From positions 1 to 15,486 of the forward strand of contig NW_021825452.1 in assembly GCF_006345805.1 (NCBI RefSeq): 15,486 nt of DNA. Reading direction: 5' to 3'. The position numbers and the translations under genes were made by a program. Shown one piece after another: positions 1-8,232 of this stretch; positions within the stretch are counted from its first letter, which is position 1, and each line of letters opens with the position of its first letter. Source of the DNA: Octopus sinensis. Lineage: Eukaryota. The notes under the pieces are model-generated. The model worked only from the letters and a program-made list of their open reading frames with translations. It was not told where the DNA came from and ran no database searches.

Positions 1-860
1 GGTGCTTTTTAATGTGCCACCGGCACAGAAGCCAGTCGAGGTGGCGCTGGCAACGGCCACGTTCGGATGGTGCTTTTTATGTGCCACCGGCACAGAAGCC
101 AGTCGAGGTGGCGCTGGCAACGGCCACGTTCGGATGGTGCTTTTTATGTGCCACCGGCACAGAAGCCAGTCGAGGTGGCGCTGGCAACGGCCACGTTCGG
201 ATGGTGCTTTTTATGTGCCACCGGCACAGAAGCCAGTCGAGGTGGCGCTGGCAACGGCCACGTTCGGATGGTGCTTTTTATGTGCCAGGCCCACCGGCAC
301 AGAAGCCAGTTGAGGTGCGCTGGCAACGGCCACGTTCGGATGGGGCTTTTTATTATGTGCCACCGGCATGGAAGCCAGCCAAGGTGGCGCTGGCATCGGC
401 CACGTTCGGATGGTGCTTTTATTTTTATGTGCCACCGCCGCACAGAAGCCAGTCGAGGTTGGCGCTGGCAACGGCCACGTTCGGATGGTGCTTTTTATTT
501 GCCCATGGCCACCTGCACAGAAGCCAGTCGAGTGGCGCTGGCAACGGCCACGTTCGGATGGTGCTTTTTATTGTGCCACCGCACAGAAGCCAGTCGAGGT
601 GGCGCTGGCAACGGCCACGTTCGGATTGTGCTTTTTATGTGCCACCGCACAGAAGCCAGTCGAGGTGGCGCTGGCAACGGCCACGTTCGGATGGTGCTTT
701 TTATGTGCCAACCGGCACAGAAGAGACCAGTCGGGGGCGCTGGCAACGGCCACGTTCGATGGTGCTTTTTATGTGCCACCGGCACAGAAGCCAGTCGAGA
801 GGTGGCGCTGGCAACGGCCACGTTCGGATGGTGCTTTTTATGTGCCAGTGGCCACGGCAC
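1..860 (-). repeat. Tandem array of a 67-bp GC-rich unit (about 12.5 copies visible) in the RTE 3' UTR
   Basis: Unit (+) ggtgctttttatgtgccaccggcacagaagccagtcgaggtggcgctggcaacggccacgttcggat starts at 1, 69, 136, 203, 270, 342, 412, 487, 560, 627, 693, 761 and 830. Confidence 0.97.
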
Positions 861-985
861 AGGTATCACAACTACTATTTCCATTGATATTTGGTTTGAT
901 GTTCATGTACATGCACTTGACACAACAGGTCTCCTCAAGCACAGCGAGATGTTCCGGGATCCAAGGTACTTTGAATGGGCAGGGG

Positions 986-3720
986 CTATGCAGAACTGGT
1001 GCCGGAAGCATCCCGGGTCTTTGCAGTCACAGCACATCTCCAGAGATCTCGGTCCTTCGCCATTGCCTCAGTGAGGCCCAACGTCATCCCATGTCTTCCT
1101 GGGTCTACCTCTCCCCCTGATTCCTTCAACTGTTTGGGAGCGGCACTTCTTCACACATCTCTCCTCATCCATCCGCAGCACATGACCATACCATCGCAAG
1201 TGTCACTCTTGCACACCACATCTGATGCTTCTTATGTCCAGCATTTCTCTCAGGGTGCTTACACTCTGTCGTGCATGCACACTGACATTACACATCCAGC
1301 GGATCATGCTAGCTTCATTTCTTTCAAGTCTACGCATGTCCTCTGCAGTCACGGCCCATGTTTCACTACCGTGAAGCATGGCAGTTCGCACACATGCATC
1401 ATACAATCTACCTTTCACTCTGAGTGAGAGACCCTTTGTCGCCAGTAGGGGTAGGAACTTTCTAAACTTTGCTCAGGCTATTCGTATTCTAGTGGTGACA
1501 CTCTCTGAGCATCCACCTCCACTACTAACTTGGTCACCCAGGTAGCGGAAACTATCAACTACTTCTAGTTTCTCCCCCTGGAGTGTGATGGAATCTGTTT
1601 TCTGAGTATTTGTGGTGTCTATTGTCCCTGTGCATCTGCCGCACATGAAAGCTATCTTATCAGTTAATTTCCCTTTGATGTTGCTGCACCTCTTATGCGT
1701 CCATAGCTTACACTGGGTGCATCTTATGGAGTTCCTACCTACACCTTTCCTACAGATCGAGCAAGGCCACCTGCCCGATGGGGTGTGTGCTGAGTTCGCC
1801 TTTCTGCTTACTATAACTTTGGTCTTCGCTACATTTACTCTAAGGCCCTTTGATTCTAACCCTTGTTTCCACACCCGAAATTTCTTTTCTAGTTCTGGTA
1901 GTGATTCTGCTATGAGAGCCAGGTCATCAGCACAGAGGAGCTCCCAGGGGCAACCTGTTTTGAATTCCTCTGTTATTGCCTGGAGGACTATGATGAATAA
2001 AGGGGACTGAGGGCTGAGCCTTGGTGTACACCTACTTCTACCCAGAATTCTTCACTATATTCGTTGCCAATCCTAACCTTGCTGATAGCCTCTCTGTATA
2101 GGGCCTGTACAGCCCTTATTAGCCATTCGTCAATCTCCAGTTTCTGCATCGACCATCAGATAAGGGATCGGGGGACCCTGCAAAAGGCTTTCTCCAAGTC
2201 CACAAAAGCTATGTAGAGGGGTTTATCTTTAGCTAGGTACTTCTCCTGCAGTTGTCGGACCAGGAATATAGCATCAGTGGTGCTTCTACCTGGCACAAAA
2301 CCGAACTGCATCTCATGTAAGCAAATTCTCTCCCTAATGAGATGGGTTATGACCCTCTCTGTGACCTTCATCACCTGATCCAACAGTTTAATACCCCTGT
2401 AGTTATTTCTATCTAGAGCATCACCCTTACCCTTGTAGCAGTTGACTATGGTGCTGCTCCGCCAGTCATTGGGTATGACTCCATTATGAACTACCTGGTT
2501 TACAATATGGGTGACTAGGCCATAGCCCACATAACCAGCTGTTTTAAGCATTTCAGCAGTGATACCTGATGGGCCGGGGGCTTTACCTGGTTTCATACAC
2601 TTAATTGCCTTAACTACAAGGGAGCTGTCTATTTGGATAGCTGGTCCCTCTACTGGGTCAACATTTGGCAGGCTCTCCTCCTCCCATTCATTCTCCACAT
2701 TCAGCAGTCTTTCCTAATGGCTTCTCCAAGCCTCTTTCTTTTCACTAACATTAAAAGCAAGTGCCCCATCATCCATGCGGACACATTTCTCTCCTGTAAC
2801 ATCACTATTTTCTCTCACACACTGTCTAGCAATCCGAAATACCTCAGTTCTTTGGTCCTCACGTCGCTGGACATTGGCAAACTTCTTCTTTTCTGCTATA
2901 TCTTTGGCTATGTATACCTGCCGCCCGGCCTCCCTTTTGGCTACTTGGTACAGTTCCCTGCTACCCCCATCCCTCCAGGCTCTCCAGGCCTGTTTCTTTG
3001 CACTAATGGCTTTGTCTACTGCACTATTCCACCACCACGCAACTCTAGGTCTGGAAGGGACTTTGCACCATCCACAGACTTGGTCTGTGGCACTCAGCAA
3101 ATTGTCCCGTAGGAATTTCCAGCCACCTTCTATGTCCGACGTCCGTAGCTCCTCCTCCCTCTCATCAAATTTCTTGATGAGGATGTCCCTAAATCTCTGA
3201 CCATGTGAAGGGTTCTTTAGCTTCCAAATCCTTCTTTTCTGGATGGTCTGTTTCTTGGAGTCCTTCTGGCCTCAAGCCTAAAGTCACTAATGATTAGCCT
3301 ATGCTGAGGGATACATTCTTCACCCGGGAGGGTCTTTGTATTTAAGAGCGACCCTGCATCCCGCTGTCTGGTGAGGATGAAGTCTATTTGGCTAGCGGAG
3401 TCTCCTGACTGATAAGTTATAAGGTGGCAGTCAGGCTTCCTGAAGTTAGTGTTGCAGATTAAAAGGTTACATGCATCACAGAATTCCAGTAGTCTAGTTC
3501 CCTCATCATTTCTGGTGCCAATACCATGGCCACCGTGTACCCCAGTGAAGATACCCGATTCCCGCCGAACATGCCCATTAAAGTCTCCACCCACAAAGAT
3601 GAGGTCCTTGCCACTAGTCTTTGAGGTAGCCTGTAGAAGGGTATCATAAAAGTGGTCCTTCTGATCATTTGGTAGCCCCGCATGTGGGGCATAGGCGGAG
3701 ATAATCGTAGCTGTGCCACG
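986..3720 (-). pseudogene. Disrupted RTE ORF: AP-endonuclease + reverse transcriptase + PHD-like finger + C-terminal domain
   Basis: EN motifs: IISAYAP, GDFNGHV, SQIDFIL, QHRLIISDF. RT motifs: KAPGPSGI, NYRGIKLL, QFGFVPGRSTTDAIF, FVDLEKAF, GVHQGS.LSP, ELLCADDL (YADD changed to CADD, about 1922-1945), FRYLG. C-terminus: LHGSETW, LRWYGHVLRM, RGRGRPRKTW, DRDLWR, stop at 986-988. In-frame stops at about 2714, 2156, 1473 and 1203; frameshifts or deletions near 3235, 2010 and 1085. Confidence 0.93.
1632..1763 (-). other. C4HC3 PHD-type zinc finger coding segment inside the RTE RT region
   Basis: CSIC-x10-CTQC-x4(KLWT)-H-x2-C-x14-CGRC, lying between LRVNVAKTKV and LEVVDSFRYLG. Confidence 0.8.
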
Positions 3721-3732
3721 TATATATATAAA

Positions 3733-3883
3733 TAAGTTCAGCAAAAATTTAGTTACAAATGAATATGGTACTTAATTTAGATGCACCAGAATTCTGTATG
3801 GTGTTATCCATAAAAATCCGTGGGGTGATTATAATCAAAATAAGCAACAAGAATGACCCCGGTAATTTGGTACGATCGTTTCG
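3733..3883 (-). mobile_element. Probable Penelope-like element terminal fragment with the 3' half of a hammerhead motif
   Basis: Minus strand begins CGAAACGATCGTA (GAAA + palindromic stem III + GUA). Bounded by (TA)n on both sides. The CUGANGA half is absent. Confidence 0.35.
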
Positions 3884-3909
3884 TAATATATATATATATA
3901 TATATATAT

Positions 3910-4119
3910 CGCCATGTTGATTCGTTAGTTACTGCACGCATTTTTTTCTCTCCTTCTTTCTGTGTTTTTTTTCTCTCTGTGTATCTTTCTGTTGAAGAGC
4001 GTAGGCTCGAAACGTTAAAGACTTGTTTTATTTATATTTCCTGAGCGCCATACTAATACAATTGTTTGTTTGTTTCCTACCTGCCTTCGTCTTTTGTCTA
4101 TTTTCATAAAGCTTCCCGT

Positions 4120-4120
<1 letters not shown>
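3910..4120 (+). mobile_element. Probable Penelope-like element terminal (pLTR) fragment
   Basis: Contains a minimal hammerhead-like motif at 3984-4021, has T-rich flanks and sits between two (TA)n runs. Confidence 0.5.
3984..4021 (+). ncRNA. Minimal type-I hammerhead ribozyme-like motif (variant core)
   Basis: UCUUU-CUGUUGA-A-GAGC(GUAG)GCUC-GAAA-CG-UU-AAAGA: stem I UCUUU/AAAGA, stem II GAGC/GCUC, palindromic stem III. The core has U where canonical A6 is expected. Confidence 0.55.
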
Positions 4121-4155
<35 letters not shown>

Positions 4156-4243
4156 ATATATATATAATATATATATATATACATATATATGTGTGTGTGT
4201 GTGTATATGTTTGTGTATCTGTGTTTGTCCCCCAACATTGCTT
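4121..4243 (+). repeat. (TA)n(TG)n microsatellite plus a short internal fragment of SINE family A
   Basis: gtgtttgtcccccaacattgctt matches the post-microsatellite part of the SINE at about 11046-11070. Confidence 0.65.
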
Positions 4244-4791
4244 TACTCTGACTATGGCAGTTTTCAAAGAATCTTTGGTGTTATGGATATGTTCATTGAC
4301 CTCTCTCTCAACAACGCTCCACATGTAATAGTCCAATGGATTGAGATCTGGAGAATTAGGAGGCCAAATGTTAGGGGTTATGTGATCAGGAAAATTTTCA
4401 GCCATCCATTCCTGTGTTACTAGAGCCATGTCTGATAGTGCACAGTCTTACTGAAACACATATGGCCTTCCATTGCATACACTGTCTATCCAGGGCTTAA
4501 CAATTGTTTCCAGGACCCCAATGTAGGCAGCAGAGTTAACTCTAAGGCCTTGTGGAAATAAGTAAGGAGGCATCACATGTCCTTCATTGCTGACAACCCT
4601 TAAAACCATGACAGTTACAGGAAACTCTGTATGCACAACACTTGGGACTTCAGAAGGGTCTGCATATAACCATCGGTCATTTCTTCTGTTGACTTTTTGA
4701 TCTTGGTTGAAGTTTTTCTCGTCTGAGTAAATCCAAATCAAATCTTCTTCTGTTGGATTTTTCAGTTTGTTTAAGAGCCTTTTAGATCTGA

Positions 4792-5164
4792 CTAGCAGTA
4801 TCGCCCAGCGTTGCTTGGGTTTGTAAGGGAAATAACTATATAAGCATTTTTAGAGAGTTATAGCCAAAAAATAGCAAAAAAATGCATTAAAAATGGAAAA
4901 AAAATTATGGTAATTTTTTTAAAAAATCCTTGACTCTTCGTAGACATTTTTAGAGAGTTACTTCCCTTATATAATAGCGAAAAAATTGCATTAAAATGGA
5001 AAAAAATGATGGTAAATTTCTTTTTAAATCGTAGACTCATCATAGACGCGCACTAATACCCAGGAAGGCTCGATATGAATCACGACTGCACCGCAAAATG
5101 TGGGAGTAGTTAGGAATCTAAATCGTAGGACACAGACACACAACTTGACTTTTATATATAAAGA
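4792..5164 (-). mobile_element. Non-autonomous Helitron
   Basis: Minus strand starts TC(TTTATATATAAAAG) and ends with hairpin CCCAAGCAACGCTGGG followed by CGATACTG-CTAG. Inserted between host A and T with no TSD; removing it restores the transposase frame. Confidence 0.88.
4845..5046. repeat. Two diverged ~100-bp tandem copies inside the Helitron
   Basis: catttttagagagtta...aatagc.aaaaaa.tgcattaaaa.tggaaaaaaa.t.atggtaa.tt...gactc.tc.tagac occurs twice. Confidence 0.85.
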
Positions 5165-5312
5165 TATCATGATTTTCTTTTGCTTTTTCTGACAAATTAA
5201 CCTTTTTCTCTTCATATAAGACTTATATCTGATGTCTTTGTGGATAATATTTCTGTCTGTTCCTTCTGACACATGGAGGTCTTCTGCAAACTTCTTACCA
5301 CATGGCCATACG

Positions 5313-5480
5313 CATGTGTGTGTGTGTGTGTGTGTGTATATGTATATTTGTATATGTATGTGTGTGTGTGTCTGTGCATGGGTCTATGTGTATGTATCAT
5401 TAAGTCTGTGTGTGTACCCACGGGGCAGTGCATTTGTCTGAATCTGTATGTGTTTGTCATTCTGTGTGTGTGTGTGTTGG
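5313..5480. repeat. Degenerate (TG)n/(TATG)n microsatellite
   Basis: Direct reading of the sequence. Confidence 0.85.
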
Positions 5481-5557
5481 TCTTCATTATGTTAAGGTGT
5501 ATCCCTTTGGGGGTCGATGCATTTGTCTCTGAATCCGTTAGTCTATATTTGTCTATA

Positions 5558-5585
5558 CGATGATGATGATGATGTTGATGACAAC

Positions 5586-5619
<34 letters not shown>

Positions 5620-5670
5620 TTGATGATGATGATGATGATGATGATGTTGATGACAACGATGATGATGATG
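5558..5670. repeat. (GAT)n microsatellite
   Basis: Direct reading; recurring gttgatgacaacgat interruption. Confidence 0.95.
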
Positions 5671-5977
5671 CTGTTTAAATGGATGAATATGTTATGTGTC
5701 TATCTTTGTATCTGTGGTTCAATGTGTCTCTGCATCCGTGTGCACATCTGTGTGTGTGTGTGGTGTGTGTGTGTATTTGATCCCATGGCTGTGTCTGTGC
5801 GTTTAAGTGTGTATTTGTTGTTTAAATACCATCTTGACTTTAAACTTTTGAAATTCAAATACTTTTAAAAAATTATTTGTTTTGCTGTGAGTGGAAGTGG
5901 GGTGGGGGGTGGCGGGGTTTTTTTCTTCTTTGTTTATTTTTTCTGTTTATTTTTTTGACTTCATTGCTTTCAGTCTG

Positions 5978-6494
5978 TCATCATCATCATCATCATTGTT
6001 ATCCTCCTCCTCCTCAAAATCATTATCGTAATCATCATCACCATCATCATCATTATTGCTGTCATCCTCCTCCTCCTCCTCATTGTTGCCATCCTTGTCA
6101 TCTTCCTCATCCTCATCATTGCCATCTTCATTGTTGTTATTGTCATCATCATCATCATCCTCATCCTTGTTGTTATCACCATCACCGTCTTCCTCATCAC
6201 CATCTTCCTCTTCTTCCTCACCATCACCCTCCTCCTCCTCTCTTCCTCTTCTTCCTCACCATCACCCTCCTCCTCCTCTCTTCCTCATCTTCCTCCTCCT
6301 CCTCCCTCTCGTCTTTCTCTCTCTTCCTCCTCCTTCACCTCCTCCTCCCTTTCATCTTTCTCTTCCTCCCCTCCTCTTCTTCCTCACCACCACCCTCCTC
6401 CTCCTCTCTTCCTCATCTTCCTCCTCCCCCTCGTCTTTCTCCTCCTCCTCATCTTCTTCCTCACCATCACCCTCCTCCTCTTCCTCCTCATCTT

Positions 6495-6528
<34 letters not shown>

Positions 6529-6560
6529 TTCCTCCTCCTCCTCCTCATCTCCCCCCCATC
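5978..6560. repeat. (CAT)n grading into a (CCT/CTT)n pyrimidine-rich tract with internal duplications
   Basis: Direct reading; tcttcctcaccatcaccctcctcctc recurs at about 6210, 6250, 6378 and 6455. Confidence 0.9.
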
Positions 6561-6561
6561 T

Positions 6562-6702
6562 TCTACCAAATCCACTCACAAGCCTTTGGTCGGCCCGAGG
6601 CTATAGTAGAAGACACTTGCCTAAGGTGCCAATACAGTGGGACTGAACCCGGAACCATGTGGTTGGTATGCAAGCTACTTACCACACAGCCATTCTTGTG
6701 CC
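6562..6702 (-). mobile_element. tRNA-derived SINE family A, 5' half
   Basis: Reverse complement of the head at 10850-10980: A box TGGCTGTGTGG, B box GGTTCAGTCCC, then GGCAAGTGTCTT. Confidence 0.9.
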
Positions 6703-6710
6703 TATATGAA

Positions 6711-7027
6711 GGCACGTAGCTAAGTAGTTGAGTATTTGGCTTATGATCACAAGGTCATGAGTTCAATTCTTGGTGATGTGTTGCGTCCTTGAGCAAGACA
6801 CTTTATTCCACATTGCTCCAGTACACTCGGCTAGCAAAAATTAGTTCTACCTATAATTCAAAAGGCCAGCCTTGTTGCATTCCGTGTCACGTCTAATCTG
6901 GCCGAGAACTACGATAAGCGTGTGCAAGTCTGTGGGGTACTCAGCCACTTGAAATTTAATTACACGAGCAGGCTGTTCTGTTGATCAGATCATCTTGATC
7001 ACTCAGCATTGTAATCAATGGAGAGCC
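6711..7027 (+). mobile_element. tRNA-derived SINE family B, near full length and diverged
   Basis: A-box-like TAGCTAAGTAG, B box GAGTTCAATTC (6759-6769), CORE-like GTCCTTGAGCAAGACACTT. Its 3' part is repeated at 7038-7160. Confidence 0.8.
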
Positions 7028-7037
7028 TGGCCTTAGC

Positions 7038-7160
7038 CTGAGAATTATGTTAAGATCTTCATACATCTGTGGAGTACTCAGCCACCTGTACAATAATTTA
7101 ATGAGTTGGTGGTTCAGTGGATCAGACCAATGAATGGTCAATGCTGTCACCAACCAATGA
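7038..7160 (+). mobile_element. Second, 5'-truncated copy of the SINE family B 3' tail
   Basis: gagaa.ta.g.taag...tctgtgg.gtactcagccac.tg...taatt...gag...gttc.gt.gatcaga aligns with 6902-6995. Confidence 0.7.
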
Positions 7161-7238
7161 TTCATCATTAGGGGTGGGCTACCTATAACCCAGTTCCCTG
7201 GTGGGGGTCAGTGATAATGGCAGCTCTGCTTGCTGATG

Positions 7239-7609
7239 GTTTGTTTGTTTGTTGAGCGGTCTTCGTCCCTGTGGGAGAAGTCCGAAATGTGGTCCTTTGC
7301 TATTTGTAAGACCTGCAGAAGAGAAAGCAGGTCAACCCCCGACACCAAGAGCATCGACGGATGGTTGAATGCTCATCCAGGCTCAGCGGTTGCATAGGAA
7401 GTCGGGGGACAAGAAACAGGAAGAAAGAGTGGGAGAAAGTTGGAGCGAAAAAGTACAACAGGGGTCGCCACCACCCCCTCAGCAGGAGCCTCGTGGAATT
7501 TTAGGTGTTTTCGCTCAATAAACACACACAACGCCCAGTCTGGGAACCGAAACTGCGATCCTCTGACTGCGAGTCCGCTGCCCTAACCACTGGGCCATTG
7601 CGCCTCCAC
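7239..7609 (-). mobile_element. tRNA-derived SINE family D, full length with (AAAC)n tail
   Basis: Minus strand: GGAGGCGCAA-TGGCCCAGTGG (A box)-TTAGGGCAGCGGACTCGC...AGTTTCGGTTCCC (degenerate B box); ends CTCAACAAACAAACAAAC. Confidence 0.8.
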
Positions 7610-7614
7610 TCTTG

Positions 7615-8088
7615 CTGATGGTGATGATGGTGGCAGGGTGGGTAGTGATGAGGAGGTGGGTGGTTGGCATGGTAGTGGTAGAGGGTGTTGAGGATGCAGT
7701 AGTAGCAGCAGTAGTGGAGATGTTATGAGGATGAAGGGGATGAGAAGTAAGAGGAGGGGATTGATTGGGGTGGTGGTGGTGGTGAAGGTAGAGGAGGTGT
7801 CATGGTAGCAGCAGGGACAACAGTAGTAGCAGTTGTAGTGGTGGAAGCAGTGGTGGTGGTTGTCATGGTATGGATGAGGATGAAGAGGATGGGAAAGAAG
7901 AAGAGGGGAATGACTGGTGTGGTGGTGATGGTGGTGGTGATGGGAGTAGAGGGGGGTCGTGGTAGCAGTAAAATTGGGACTAGCAGCATCAGGGGTGGCA
8001 GTAGTAGCAGTGGTGGAGACAACAGTGTAGTGGTGGCAATGGTGGTTGTGAGGATGGAGAATGATGATGATTCCGAGGAGGAGGAGAA
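7615..8088. repeat. Degenerate (GGT/GAT/AGT/GAG)n trinucleotide low-complexity tract
   Basis: Direct reading of the sequence. Confidence 0.85.
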
Positions 8089-8179
8089 TGCCCATCTCGT
8101 CAGGCCCACCACTACAGAAATTACCATCCATTTTAACACTGTAAACTCAATCCCTCATGGAATGAGACAAACGATAAAG

Positions 8180-8190
8180 CACACACACAC

Positions 8191-8232
<42 letters not shown>

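Larger units (their letters stand above)
1..3720 (-). mobile_element. RTE-clade non-LTR retrotransposon (LINE), 5'-truncated and degenerate; 3' UTR runs off the left edge of the window
   Basis: Collinear APE endonuclease, RT and RTE-type C-terminal motifs on the minus strand. The region 3' of the ORF (1-935) is homologous to the RTE 3' end at 12690-12990. The 5' end is cut at a (TA)n run at about 3721. Confidence 0.95.
4244..5290 (-). mobile_element. Tc1/mariner superfamily DD37D (maT-type) transposase remnant, interrupted by a Helitron
   Basis: HTH-like AEDLHVSEGTDRNIIHKDIRYKSY; WIYSDEKNF (D1); YVFQ*DCA (D2); WPPNSPDLNPLDYY (D3). There are 37 residues between D2 and D3. Stop at 4448-4450 and a frameshift near 5200; no TIRs seen. 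Confidence 0.9.

Noticed and set aside
1-860. CRISPR array next to an RT
   Set aside because: Units are contiguous and near-identical with no unique spacers. There are no cas genes, the context is eukaryotic, and the array is part of the RTE 3' UTR.
2-1120. Long overlapping ORFs (250-335 aa) on the plus strand
   Set aside because: Artefact of a stop-free 67-bp unit cycling through the frames, antisense to the LINE.
5286-5312. Tiny SINE A head remnant at the maT boundary
   Set aside because: Only about 25 bp of imperfect similarity, too short to call.
6711-6790. Functional tRNA genes at SINE heads (also 7530-7609 and 10850-10915)
   Set aside because: Cloverleaf pairing is degenerate, and each continues into a SINE body rather than a poly-T terminator.
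8125-8138. Possible 14-nt minus-strand microexon (tttacag|TGTTAAAATGGATG|gtaatt)
   Set aside because: Such splice-like motifs arise by chance; it is not frame-preserving and there is no transcript evidence.
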